This document shows, one piece after another, positions 37,641-46,792 of a stretch of DNA of 53,938 bases. Below the pieces are notes generated by a model. That model did not search any database. It saw nothing but the letters and a program-made list of their open reading frames with translations, and was not told where the DNA came from. The position numbers and the translations under genes were made by a program. The DNA is from a virus (lineage: Duplodnaviria > Caudoviricetes): positions 1-53,938 of IMG/VR virus record IMGVR_UViG_3300043353_000046. One strand, written 5' to 3'. Numbering within the stretch: position 1 is the stretch's first letter; every line of letters begins with the position of its first letter.

Positions 37641-37843
37641 CACTTCACCACAGTGGCGTCAACGCGTTCGAGACTCAGCACGGTCAGCGTGCCCGAGTCA
37701 TACGCTCGCGTGTCCCGTGCGAACGCCTTGTAGGCTTTGGTCAGGGCGTCCGTCGCGGTCTTGGCGAACACGTAGTAGAGTTCCGTCTGCCCGTAGAAGG
37801 AGTCGTCCAGCCGCATCTTGATGACGAACACGCTCATGGTCAT
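37640..37843 (-). CDS. Hypothetical protein
   Basis: GAGGGG RBS. Confidence 0.6.
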   Translation of the reverse strand: MTMSVFVIKMRLDDSFYGQTELYYVFAKTATDALTKAYKAFARDTRAYDSGTLTVLSLERVDATVVK

Positions 37844-37849
37844 AGCCCC

Positions 37850-38629
37850 TCAAATCCAATCGGACTCGTCAGAGTCTGGAAACATCATCTGCGCCAGCGA
37901 AGAGAAGGTCGCCATCTCACCCGAGAAGGTCTGGTCCTGAATGTCGCGTCCGCCCGGCCCCCGGCTCTTGCCCACGGTAATCGCCATCTGACCGTTGACC
38001 CTGGTGTGCTCGATGGTGGTGTGGACGAGCGCGTCGATGCCGTCCATGCCGTCCACAATGCGGGCGCCGGTCTGGGTCGCAGCTTTCGCACCAGTCTTGT
38101 TGTTGACCTTCTGGCCCCATTCGTTCTTCATGCCCTGGATGAGACCGAAGTTGACGTCGCTGGCCTTCGCCATCGAGATGAGCCGGCGAATCTTGCCCTT
38201 CAGCTTGTCCCAGTCCTTGGGCGGGGCAGCGGCGAACGCATCGTCAGTCCCAAACTCCGCAAAGAAAAACAGCTTGAACACGTCGGTCTCGCGGTCCCAG
38301 ATAATCGTGCGGGCGTGCGAGATGGCGACCTCGAAGTCCGTGACGAACTTGTCGCGAGCTTCAACCGCTTTGGCGTGCGTGTAGTCCTCGCCCACGCCTT
38401 GGCCCAGGTCATACTCCGCGATATACACTTCCTTGTCGGCAGCGTAGGTCTCGACCACGCCTTCGAGTCCCTGGTCGAGGGTCTGGATGACGATTGGCGC
38501 GGGGGCTCCTAGCCAGAAGGATGTCTTGCCGGTACCCACCTCACCGAATGACGCAGCGATGATGCGTGGCTTGATGTCGGTCGTGGCCTTCGTGTATCGC
38601 GAGAACGGGTTGTTCGCAGTCTTCGCCAT
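37850..38629 (-). CDS. AAA/RecA-fold ATPase (Sak4-like recombinase candidate)
   Basis: Walker A GEVGTGKT, Walker B IIWD, KSR; adjacent to nuclease and SSB. Confidence 0.7.
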   Translation of the reverse strand: MAKTANNPFSRYTKATTDIKPRIIAASFGEVGTGKTSFWLGAPAPIVIQTLDQGLEGVVETYAADKEVYIAEYDLGQGVGEDYTHAKAVEARDKFVTDFEVAISHARTIIWDRETDVFKLFFFAEFGTDDAFAAAPPKDWDKLKGKIRRLISMAKASDVNFGLIQGMKNEWGQKVNNKTGAKAATQTGARIVDGMDGIDALVHTTIEHTRVNGQMAITVGKSRGPGGRDIQDQTFSGEMATFSSLAQMMFPDSDESDWI

Positions 38630-39247
38630 CTAGAGCATCCTCTTCTGTTTTGCGTAGCTGATTAGGGTCTGCCAGTTCTCAGCGAGTTCGCGGGAGGTAA
38701 ATGTGATGTCCCATGCCATCAGTGACGGGCCGAACTGGTCTTTGAAGCTGCCAGCGCCGTTCACGAAGCAGGCGTACAAGCGTGCATACGGTGTCTCCAG
38801 ACAGTGGCAATAGGCCATCATCTGGGTGAGATATTTGTCGGCCTTGGGTGGGAACCCATTGGCCTGTTCGCGGGGAAACCCCTTGCTGCTCATCCAGGTG
38901 AGCTTGATTTCTCCAACGCGTGTGGCGCCGTTGAAGATAACGAGGTCGGGGTTGTAGATGATGCCGTATTCGGGTTCGGTGAGTTCGTCGGGACGTCCAG
39001 ACCCTTCGGTCAGCCGGTCCCGCAGCGCCTTCTCCAACATCTCCTCGAACGCCATACCGATGCCCATGAAGCCGGCTTTGTTCTCCGCCTCTTCGGGCGT
39101 GCCAGTGACCGGCCGGTCATAGCGCTTCGGTTCGAGTTCGCGGTAGAGTGCCCCATAGATGTCGCTCATGTGCAGCCCCACACCCCGGACCACCCCAGGG
39201 GCGTGCTGCGTCATGTTGAGGTCGAAGGGGGTCGGGGTGACGAGCAT
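38630..39247 (-). CDS. PD-(D/E)XK exonuclease-like protein
   Basis: H.SDI, G.AFE, NPD...GEIKLT, Q...Y. Confidence 0.75.
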   Translation of the reverse strand: MLVTPTPFDLNMTQHAPGVVRGVGLHMSDIYGALYRELEPKRYDRPVTGTPEEAENKAGFMGIGMAFEEMLEKALRDRLTEGSGRPDELTEPEYGIIYNPDLVIFNGATRVGEIKLTWMSSKGFPREQANGFPPKADKYLTQMMAYCHCLETPYARLYACFVNGAGSFKDQFGPSLMAWDITFTSRELAENWQTLISYAKQKRML

Positions 39248-39397
39248 CTAGACCGCTCGCCAGACGCAGTAGACGGAGACCACGCCGGCCATGCCCATCC
39301 ACCCACACAGGCGATATGCGATGACGTTCGCCAGAATGAGGCCAACGAGCATCACCCCGCCACGGAACGCGTCTTCGTCGATGTGTCGAATTCTCAT
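39248..39397 (-). CDS. Small membrane protein
   Basis: Two short hydrophobic helices. Confidence 0.45.
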   Translation of the reverse strand: MRIRHIDEDAFRGGVMLVGLILANVIAYRLCGWMGMAGVVSVYCVWRAV

Positions 39398-39476
39398 TAG
39401 TGTTTCCCCGTGAGGCGATAGAAAGACAGCGCACACATGAACAGCGCCGTCAGGGTGACCAGATAGCCCTGGTAGT

Positions 39477-39671
39477 TCACGACTTGATACCCATGAGACT
39501 GCCCGGCGCCAGCTGCACACGGGGCTGCGGCATCTTGGTTTTGGCCGCGTGGAACTCATGGACAGCCTGAGTCGCCATCGCGAGCATCCCATGCATCTGG
39601 ATGGGGTTCTCCAGCGGTCCTTCGACCTTGAACTCACCCGCGTCGGTAATCGTGATAGCGACTTGAATCAA
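39477..39671 (-). CDS. Hypothetical protein
   Basis: AGGAGG RBS. Confidence 0.6.
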   Translation of the reverse strand: MIQVAITITDAGEFKVEGPLENPIQMHGMLAMATQAVHEFHAAKTKMPQPRVQLAPGSLMGIKS

Positions 39672-39685
39672 AGGGGACCTCCTGT

Positions 39686-39900
39686 AAGACGAGTGTTATC
39701 TACCGTTCAACTCGTTGCCACTGGTGCCGACCCGAGGGCCGTCTAGTAGCCAGTGTCGCGACTGTATGAGAGATGCCCGTCCTGCAGTCCCGGCTAACGG
39801 AAGTCTCCAACAGGGGCATACCTGCGAGACTGAGGACGGGCGAGCGGGGCACACGGAAGTCAAGGCAACTCGGTTAGCAGCAGGACTAGCGTGTACCCCT
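39686..39900 (-). ncRNA. Candidate structured RNA (four consecutive stems)
   Basis: Four stems; G-U pairs form only on the minus strand. Confidence 0.5.
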
Positions 39901-39909
39901 CATGCCTAA

Positions 39910-40743
39910 CTACTCGCTGTCTTCCTCTTCCGCGATGGCGATGATGCCCTTCTTCGCGTTGAAGGTCCAACCCGCTTCCGTCGCCAGGAACTCGTCGGAG
40001 GTCGCCAGGATGCGAATCTCCTCACGGTTCTCGTGCTTCAGCAGCTTCTGCGTGACCTTCATGGCCAGCTTCGACTTCGCCACCTGACCGTCGTTGGCCG
40101 CGAGGACCGCGAGCACGACGTCTGTGGCTTCCTGGGTGAAGTCCGGTTCCGCCGACTTCTTGGCCTTGCCAGCGGCAGGCTTCGCGGCCGACTTTCCGGC
40201 AGCCGGCTTCGCAGCCTTGCCCGGCAGGTCGTACACGTTGGTGATGACAAGGTCCTGACGGTTGAACGTCTTGCCGTCCTTGCCCACGCGCTTGCCGAGC
40301 TTCTTGGTCAGCTCGTCGTTCGTCTTCTGCTCGAAGCGAACCCGCGTGCCGATGATGGCCTCGAAGTTGATTTCGTCCTCGGGCAGGTTCTCCTCCGGGA
40401 AGCCCGCCGCGCAGAGGCTGGCGATGAGGGTCGTGAATGCGACTCCCGCGCCCAGCTCCCGACCGTCTTCGTTCGGGGTCAACGTCAGCCCATCCTCGCT
40501 GATGGTGAAGTCGTCGAAGCCGCCCACGAACAGGGTCGTGAAGACAGTCTCTTCCGCGCCGTCGACCTTCACGCCGAGCAGGCAGTTGATGGCGTGGAAG
40601 CGGACCTTGCCCGTCTTCGGGTCTTTGGTCGCCTTGTACGCCTCACCGTTGAACTCGTCGGTGAACTCGTAGCTGACGATGACGCCGTCGACACCGTTGA
40701 GAAAACCGCCGCCCTTTTTGAAGCTTGAGGGACGCGCACCCAT
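39910..40743 (-). CDS. Single-stranded DNA-binding protein (putative)
   Basis: OB-like N-terminus, AAKPAAGK linker, acidic tail EEEDSE; highly biased codons; context. Confidence 0.6.
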   Translation of the reverse strand: MGARPSSFKKGGGFLNGVDGVIVSYEFTDEFNGEAYKATKDPKTGKVRFHAINCLLGVKVDGAEETVFTTLFVGGFDDFTISEDGLTLTPNEDGRELGAGVAFTTLIASLCAAGFPEENLPEDEINFEAIIGTRVRFEQKTNDELTKKLGKRVGKDGKTFNRQDLVITNVYDLPGKAAKPAAGKSAAKPAAGKAKKSAEPDFTQEATDVVLAVLAANDGQVAKSKLAMKVTQKLLKHENREEIRILATSDEFLATEAGWTFNAKKGIIAIAEEEDSE

Positions 40744-41067
40744 TTACACACTCTCCTGGTTGGTGGACGCTGCAGCGTCCGTTGACTGAACTGACTCGGT
40801 GACGAGACCGACGACCGGGGCGCTGGTCGCTTCAATCTCGACGAACTGGCTGGGCTGCTCGTTGATGGCAATGGCGGCATTGGCCATCTGGCAGGCGCGC
40901 TGAATGTCGGTGAACGCGAGGGACTGTTCACGCGAGGGCGGGGTGTTGTCACGGACCACCGTGGCGAAGGCGAGGGCCGCGTCACGGATGGTGACGTAGC
41001 GGGCCGCCTGCGTGCCGAAGGGCGGGTGGTAGGTGAAGATACGTTCCAGACTCGGATTCTTTGCCAC
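40744..41067 (-). CDS. Acb2/Tad1-like hairpin protein
   Basis: FTYHPP...Y..IR......P.SREQSLA.T.IQ.A..MANAAIA.NE. Confidence 0.65.
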   Translation of the reverse strand: MAKNPSLERIFTYHPPFGTQAARYVTIRDAALAFATVVRDNTPPSREQSLAFTDIQRACQMANAAIAINEQPSQFVEIEATSAPVVGLVTESVQSTDAAASTNQESV

Positions 41068-41218
41068 TGTAACCTTTCGAGTAGTGAGTTGCGGGTACCC
41101 AGTGCGACTGCAGTAGTGATGCCAGATGGACCGAACCCCATAGGGTGTGCTCATGAACACGACACGCGCACCCTGTGGTAGGAGGGGAGTCATCGGACCC
41201 CCTCTCCCCAGCCCTCCT

Positions 41219-41863
41219 TCATGCTGTCCTCCTCTGTGGAATGGCTGTACCCATATGACCCCACTGAGCCGCCATCGCTCGGGCTATGCCTAGGAACGTG
41301 CGGCTGCGCTCGTGTGCGCGCTGGGGGCCAGGGGAGGCCAGAAACACCGACTGCTTGCGCAGGTGCTTGGGAATGAGCTTCGTGGGCACGAGCGGGGGCA
41401 ACCCCTTCAGCCACAGACAGGTCGCCTTCTGCTCGGCGTCCCCGAACTGATACGGTTGGATAATCTGTGTGTACTTGCGCCCAATCGCCGCGATGGCATA
41501 GCGATGAGGGATCGGGTTCTCGACCGCTATGAGCGGGATATGGTCGCAGTCCAGGTGCATCTTCAGGAACTTGGCGCCCTCACGCATGGCCGCCTGACGC
41601 TTCTTCCCGTACAGCACGCCCGGTGAGGGGTTGGCCGGCGTCCGATGCAGATGCTGCACCCCTGAGTTCGCCAGATATGTGCAGTCCGGGTGGGCGATGA
41701 GCAGATCCCAGTCGTCGTAGAGGATGTCGCGGATATCCCCTCGGTAGTGCTGGCCGGGAATCTCCGTGTCCCACTTCCAGTCACACGACCACGCGTCGTG
41801 CCCGAGTTTGCGGAACTCCTCACGGATGCGACCAGAGAACTCCTCGGCAATCAGCACCCTCAC
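41219..41863 (-). CDS. C5-cytosine methyltransferase-like protein
   Basis: RVLIAEEFSG, AWSCD, IAHPDCTYL, ENP, K.TCLW, RS.TF.GIA.AMA.QW. Confidence 0.8.
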   Translation of the reverse strand: MRVLIAEEFSGRIREEFRKLGHDAWSCDWKWDTEIPGQHYRGDIRDILYDDWDLLIAHPDCTYLANSGVQHLHRTPANPSPGVLYGKKRQAAMREGAKFLKMHLDCDHIPLIAVENPIPHRYAIAAIGRKYTQIIQPYQFGDAEQKATCLWLKGLPPLVPTKLIPKHLRKQSVFLASPGPQRAHERSRTFLGIARAMAAQWGHMGTAIPQRRTA

Positions 41864-43488
41864 TGGACGCGCCTTTGTAACGACGGTGTACCCCTGACGA
41901 TGCCGAGATAGGAGATGGCGCGGGTGGTCGCCACATATTCTAGGTTCTGTTCCTCCTGATTGACTCCCCGCCGATACAGCGAGTCCCACAGCAAGTAGAC
42001 CTTCTGCGCTTCCAGCCCCTTGGCCTTGTGGATGGAGCTGCAGACCACGTGGGTGGCATCAGGGTCGTCGGTGAAGAGGTGGTCGCAGTTGGCCATGACC
42101 TGCCGCATCGTGTCGGCATCTTCCATCAGCGCCCGCAGCATGTCAGCCTGGTCGCGGGTCTGATCGACTAGCTGCAGCTCGCCAAAGGAGGCATAGCGAG
42201 TGGTCATTTTGCGTTCCCAGGCGTCGATGGCGTTGAGAGCGTCCGTTACCGGCGTCCACGACTCCACCTTGCAACGCTTCAGGATGCTCAGGATGCCGGC
42301 GCCGATGTCCCGGCCTGCCATCCGTGCCCGCACCCCATTACGCAGCAGACGCAGCGTGAGGCTGACCAGCGGGGCATTCAGGCGCGAGAGGACGAAGTCG
42401 CCGGGTTTGACCAGTTGGAGCAGGTCCCCGTCCTCGACATCCTCTACGATGCCCACGGGGTTGGCTGGACCGGCCTCGAAGTCTGGCACCAGCAGGCGCG
42501 CACGCTCGACGATGGACTGGCCACAGCGGTAGGTGGTGGTCAGGGGCAGCTCCAGCGCATTGAGTTCCGTCTTCAGCCGGTCGAGCGATCCCGTGTCCGC
42601 GCCCCTGAACGCATAGATGGCCTGGCGGTCGTCCCCGACGAAGCAGAGGCGGCCGTCACACACGCGCTGGACAATCTCCAGCTGCGCCTTCGTCATGTCC
42701 TGCGCTTCATCCACCACCACGAGCTGGTAGTCCTTGGTCAGCAGGTCCCACGCGAGCGGCAGATAGATCATGTCCGCGAAGTCGATGCCCACTTCGTAGC
42801 GGGGCGGGTTCTCCTTCGCATACGCCATTGCCTCACTGGCCCACTTCACGATGTGGTCGACGGTGAACTTGGGCGCCCAGCCCTCCGAGGGTTCGAGATT
42901 AAAGAACAGCGCCAGCTTCAGCAGGGCATCGGTGGAGTAGCCGCCCTCGACGGTCGGGCACATCTCGCGCCCTTTCGTGTGCAGCAGACTCACCAGCTTC
43001 TTCATCTGGTAGGGCGTACCAATGGGCACCACCTTGTCGGTCAGGAAGTCGGCCCGCTTGCTGGTGGGCTTGGCTACCTGCAGGCCGCGCCAGTTCCGCA
43101 TGATGGCGCGCATGCCGATCCCATGCAGAGTCTTCGCTTCCGCCCGCGAGTTGGTGATCTTCTGGTTCAGCGTGTCTGCGATACCCTTGTTGAACGCACA
43201 GACGAGAATGCTTTCCTCGGGCGCTCGATTCACGCCCTCGACGATGGTGGTCGTTTTGCCCGTGCCGGCGCGAGCCCGCACGATGAGATTGGTGCGGTCC
43301 TCGTCCTCACCTATCAGGCAGGGATAGCAGGGCTTTGGGCCATACTCTGTCTCGTACTCAGCCCGGTCACCACAGATGGCACACTTACCCTCGAACCACC
43401 AGAAGATGGCCTGTTGAGCCGTCGACCAGGTGGGCGCTTTCACTTCCTCGACTTCGACCGCTTTGAAACTACTCGGCCGCGCACCCAT
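41860..43488 (-). CDS. UvrD/Rep-like SF1 helicase
   Basis: ARAGTGKT, VDEAQD, GDDRQAIYAFRGA, TYRC, HKAKGLE, YVATTRA. Confidence 0.95.
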   Translation of the reverse strand: MGARPSSFKAVEVEEVKAPTWSTAQQAIFWWFEGKCAICGDRAEYETEYGPKPCYPCLIGEDEDRTNLIVRARAGTGKTTTIVEGVNRAPEESILVCAFNKGIADTLNQKITNSRAEAKTLHGIGMRAIMRNWRGLQVAKPTSKRADFLTDKVVPIGTPYQMKKLVSLLHTKGREMCPTVEGGYSTDALLKLALFFNLEPSEGWAPKFTVDHIVKWASEAMAYAKENPPRYEVGIDFADMIYLPLAWDLLTKDYQLVVVDEAQDMTKAQLEIVQRVCDGRLCFVGDDRQAIYAFRGADTGSLDRLKTELNALELPLTTTYRCGQSIVERARLLVPDFEAGPANPVGIVEDVEDGDLLQLVKPGDFVLSRLNAPLVSLTLRLLRNGVRARMAGRDIGAGILSILKRCKVESWTPVTDALNAIDAWERKMTTRYASFGELQLVDQTRDQADMLRALMEDADTMRQVMANCDHLFTDDPDATHVVCSSIHKAKGLEAQKVYLLWDSLYRRGVNQEEQNLEYVATTRAISYLGIVRGTPSLQRRVQ

Positions 43489-43715
43489 CAGTCTCGCTCC
43501 AGTCGGTCATTGCCCATCGATATAGGCGGGGTAAGGCGGTCAGCCGGGACGAACCCGATCAGCTCCGCGACAATGCGCCGGGCGATATCAACGCTCTCCT
43601 GAGCGATGGCATTCTTCTGTGTGGACGTCAGCCGATTGCGACTGTATTCGCCCACCATCCCTGCTGCAATGTTCCCCGCCATGCGGGCCAGACCCGTGTC
43701 GTAGTTCGGCTTCAT
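43488..43715 (-). CDS. Hypothetical protein
   Basis: ARMAGNIAAG...SV.IAR.IV; coupled to the helicase. Confidence 0.65.
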   Translation of the reverse strand: MKPNYDTGLARMAGNIAAGMVGEYSRNRLTSTQKNAIAQESVDIARRIVAELIGFVPADRLTPPISMGNDRLERD

Positions 43716-43855
43716 CAGCTACATCCCTTCTTCGCAAACCACACGACCACCCCGCAGCGCCGGCAGACCTTGAAACTACAGGCGCCAGCATTCGAGGAGA
43801 GATAGACCCACAGGTGATGACACATCTATCAGTGGACTCTCAGGGAGGGGGATAG

Positions 43856-43877
43856 GGGGGTTATAGTAATAACCCCC
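43856..43877. repeat. Perfect inverted repeat with AT-rich centre (origin/regulatory candidate)
   Basis: GGGGGTTAT-AGTA-ATAACCCCC. Confidence 0.6.
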
Positions 43878-43900
43878 ACCACCCCTGCCCGTGAATAGAG

Positions 43901-44401
43901 TTAGTCTTGGCCGGGGGCGGGGGCCAATTGGCCATCCACGCGCACGAACTTGCGGGCCTTCAGCACCTGCAGATTGCGCTTGATGAAGCGGTCGATCCGC
44001 TGGGCCACTGCACGAGCGTGCGCCTTGGTGCCGGGCGTTGTGTCCGCGCAACTGTCGCCCGCGCCATCATTGAACACGCTGTGATAGATGCCGTCACGGC
44101 CCATGAACTCGAACGCGACATCGGGGCCAAGCAGCTTCTCGACAGCCCCAAAGACCGGCCCCGACATCGACCACTCGCGCCCCTTGGCGAGAACACCGAT
44201 CCATCCGGCGAAGCAGCCAACCGTCCCGCAGGCCGGCTTCTGGCCGCCGAAGTAGGCGTCGGGGTTAGTCGAGTCCTCGACAACGGTCCCCATGTCCACG
44301 CGTCTCGGGTCCGCCAGTACCACTCGTTTGACCGCTTGAATCAACCCCAGTGCGGTCTTGGCCCTCGATACCGGAATGACCTGCAGCTTTCTCGTCCTCA
44401 T
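43901..44401 (-). CDS. Hypothetical protein (CGTVGCFAGW motif family)
   Basis: AGGAG RBS; CGT..C.AGW motif common in phages. Confidence 0.7.
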   Translation of the reverse strand: MRTRKLQVIPVSRAKTALGLIQAVKRVVLADPRRVDMGTVVEDSTNPDAYFGGQKPACGTVGCFAGWIGVLAKGREWSMSGPVFGAVEKLLGPDVAFEFMGRDGIYHSVFNDGAGDSCADTTPGTKAHARAVAQRIDRFIKRNLQVLKARKFVRVDGQLAPAPGQD

Positions 44402-45363
44402 GCTTCTGCTCCTATCACTGACCACTTGTTGGTCTTCTTGTGTTTACTGACGATGTTCATCTTCCTGACCGTCTGATAGACCTTCATGAACTCTTTGGCG
44501 TCGAGGCCCGTGGCATCCACCCAGGTCTGCCAGCTGCAGGGCTGCTGCTGCCGCAGGATGTCCACGACTGCCTCCGCAGCACTCTGGCGCTCGACAGGGG
44601 CATTGCTGCCCTTCATCACACACGAGTCGGTGCCGGGGACCACCAGCTTCTCCAGCTCGATGTTGTCGAAGTGCTCGGCGTCCTTCTGCTTGTCGCACTC
44701 GAAGGCGACCGTCTCCCCATCCCTGGTGATCTTGATCATCGTGTCGACGCCACCACGAAACGCCGTGGCGCCACGTTCCCGACCGCCATCCAGCCGGGTG
44801 TGATGAATCACCAGCACCGTGCAGCCGAAGCGCTTGCGGAGGATGTCGATGCCCGCAATGAACTTGCCCATGTCCTCGGTCTCGTTCTCGTTGCCGTCGA
44901 AGCAGCGGGCCATCGTGTCGACGATGATCAAGCTAGGTTCGCGGCGAACCTCGTCCTCCAGCCGGCCGAGGAGGGTGACGATCTCGTCGCTGTCAGCGGA
45001 CAACGGCACGCTCTCGATGAGCCACGCGATATCCGCATCTTGGGGCTCGATCTGGTGCGTCACCAGCCAGGCCAGCGCCCGCTTGCCCAGACCAGCCCCA
45101 CCCTCAGCCCCGATGTAAACGACAAACCCCTTCTGCGTCTCCTTGCCCTGCCATGAGGTCCCGGTCGCCACCGACATCGCAATATCGATAGCGATGAAGC
45201 TCTTGTAGGTCTCTGGGGGTCCATACATGCCCACCAGCGCCCCCACCGGCATCACGGGTTCGATCAGCCAGGAGGGGGCAGGCATGTTCAGCAGTTCAAG
45301 CGTGTTGTAGAGGCGCAGTGGACCCGGCGCGGTCAGGGTGAACTGGCGCGGACGACTGCCCAC
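44398..45363 (-). CDS. RepA-like (AAA_25) replicative helicase without a primase domain
   Basis: GPPETYKS, YIGAEG, IIVDT, VIHH, RG..A..G..DT, KQKD. Confidence 0.88.
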   Translation of the reverse strand: MGSRPRQFTLTAPGPLRLYNTLELLNMPAPSWLIEPVMPVGALVGMYGPPETYKSFIAIDIAMSVATGTSWQGKETQKGFVVYIGAEGGAGLGKRALAWLVTHQIEPQDADIAWLIESVPLSADSDEIVTLLGRLEDEVRREPSLIIVDTMARCFDGNENETEDMGKFIAGIDILRKRFGCTVLVIHHTRLDGGRERGATAFRGGVDTMIKITRDGETVAFECDKQKDAEHFDNIELEKLVVPGTDSCVMKGSNAPVERQSAAEAVVDILRQQQPCSWQTWVDATGLDAKEFMKVYQTVRKMNIVSKHKKTNKWSVIGAEA

Positions 45364-45788
45364 TAGACAGCCGCGTCGTTAGCAGCTTCAGCAGCGGCGA
45401 AACCTGCCTCCACTTCTGCCGAGGTCGCGAGGTCAGTAGCCTCGATGGCTTCGTCGACCACCTCCTGAACGCCCTCCTGTGTGACCACCCGCACGATGAA
45501 CTTGTTGGGGACAACCGCACCGTCGCAGTCCGTCTTGGCCTCGGTCACCCAGTTCAACATCCGCATCCCCTGCAGCACGGTCTGCATGGTCGCCTGGTTG
45601 ACTTCAATCTCGCCACCCATGGCGCTTAGCACCATGAGCAGGGTCGCGTGGGTCTGGACCAGCCGCTGCGTCTGCTCCTGCAGCGCCCGACGTGCCCGGC
45701 TCAAATTCAACTTCACCCTGCGCTTCTTCCGGCTGTTCCGCGATTCACTCGCCATCGGTGCGTGCTCCTGAAAGACTGGGGTTCTCAT
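45363..45788 (-). CDS. Hypothetical protein
   Basis: Basic N-terminus, acidic C-terminus; coupled to the helicase start. Confidence 0.6.
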   Translation of the reverse strand: MRTPVFQEHAPMASESRNSRKKRRVKLNLSRARRALQEQTQRLVQTHATLLMVLSAMGGEIEVNQATMQTVLQGMRMLNWVTEAKTDCDGAVVPNKFIVRVVTQEGVQEVVDEAIEATDLATSAEVEAGFAAAEAANDAAV

Positions 45789-45961
45789 CTTCCGCCGCGA
45801 TTCTGGGGGTGTAGGTGCGGTGGAGACCGTCGTCACTCGCGACTCCGGTCCCTCCGTGCCTGCTGCCGCCAATCGTGCGGATACGAATCGGTCGCTCTAT
45901 CAGCTCACGACGCTGTTCGGCCGTGAGCGGGGTCACCGTGTCCATGATGGGTCCGGTGTCC

Positions 45962-46165
45962 TTACGCGACGACGAGGCGCACGAGCTTGCCTTCGCGCAC
46001 GATGTTCCAGCAGCCCTGTTTGAGTTCCGCGATGGTGCGCCGAATCGAGGCTGCCGGGTACCCCGTGAACAGGGCGATGTTCTTGACCGACACGCCGGGC
46101 AGCTGGCCGAGGTTGGCATTCCGCAGGACACGCAGGACGGACTCACGAGCGTTGACAGTAACCAT
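45962..46165 (-). CDS. Small winged-helix DNA-binding protein
   Basis: IA..TG.P..SIRRTI.EL...WNI. Confidence 0.7.
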   Translation of the reverse strand: MVTVNARESVLRVLRNANLGQLPGVSVKNIALFTGYPAASIRRTIAELKQGCWNIVREGKLVRLVVA

Positions 46166-46168
46166 TAG

Positions 46169-46792
46169 CTATTCTCCTGAAATCGGGTTGACGGGCTCGC
46201 CGGTACCCATAGCAGCTTTCGTGCCACGCAAGGGGACCATGCGTATAGAGGTAGGAACGAAGCGGAGGTACTGTTTCATGTACCCCAAACGAATCAATGC
46301 TGTCCTCTCGGTGATAGGGGAGGTGACACCCGTCGTCGGGTCCGTGCGCTCCCAGGCTGGCGCCACAGCACTCTGGTAGACACACTTGATGCCGTGCTTC
46401 GGATGTTCGTGATAGAGCTTGCGAAGGGCCATCCGGTCCAGACGCTGGCCCTTCTTCCAGCCTGTCAGCTTGTTACCGATGCGGATGCCATTCACCTTGC
46501 GCTGGCGAGTCGTCCAGAGCTTCTTACTGGCTTTGCTGCCCGACTCGCTGGTGAAGCGGTTGGCCCGGCCGCTCGCTTGGGACGCCTTCCCAGCTATCGA
46601 CGCCGCGACCTTGCGGGCGGCTGCCGAGGCGCTGAGGAACCGGACCACGCGCTTCCCCGTGAGAGGATGGATGTTCTCCGCCACCACGAGCTGCCGCTTC
46701 GAATACCTGCGTTGCTTCTGGTCCTTCGGCGGCTTAGGTGGGGGAGCGATGGCTTTGCGGAAGAAGTGGCGGGTAGGCTTAGGGTCCGCCAT
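46169..46792 (-). CDS. Basic hypothetical protein with KGG-like motif
   Basis: AGKASQASG.ANRFTSE..SKA. Confidence 0.6.
   Translation of the reverse strand: MADPKPTRHFFRKAIAPPPKPPKDQKQRRYSKRQLVVAENIHPLTGKRVVRFLSASAAARKVAASIAGKASQASGRANRFTSESGSKASKKLWTTRQRKVNGIRIGNKLTGWKKGQRLDRMALRKLYHEHPKHGIKCVYQSAVAPAWERTDPTTGVTSPITERTALIRLGYMKQYLRFVPTSIRMVPLRGTKAAMGTGEPVNPISGE

Noticed and set aside
40717-40743. MGARPS matches the eukaryotic N-myristoylation consensus MGxxxS
   Set aside because: The gene content is that of a bacterial phage, no N-myristoyltransferase is encoded, and the TerS (MPG) and RepA-like (MGSRPR) versions break the consensus
41068-41193. VVFMSTPYG resembling a terminase coupling motif upstream of the Acb2-like gene
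   Set aside because: Too short to support homology, and it coincides with the ACCCTATGGGGT DNA palindrome; a better RBS precedes GTG 41067
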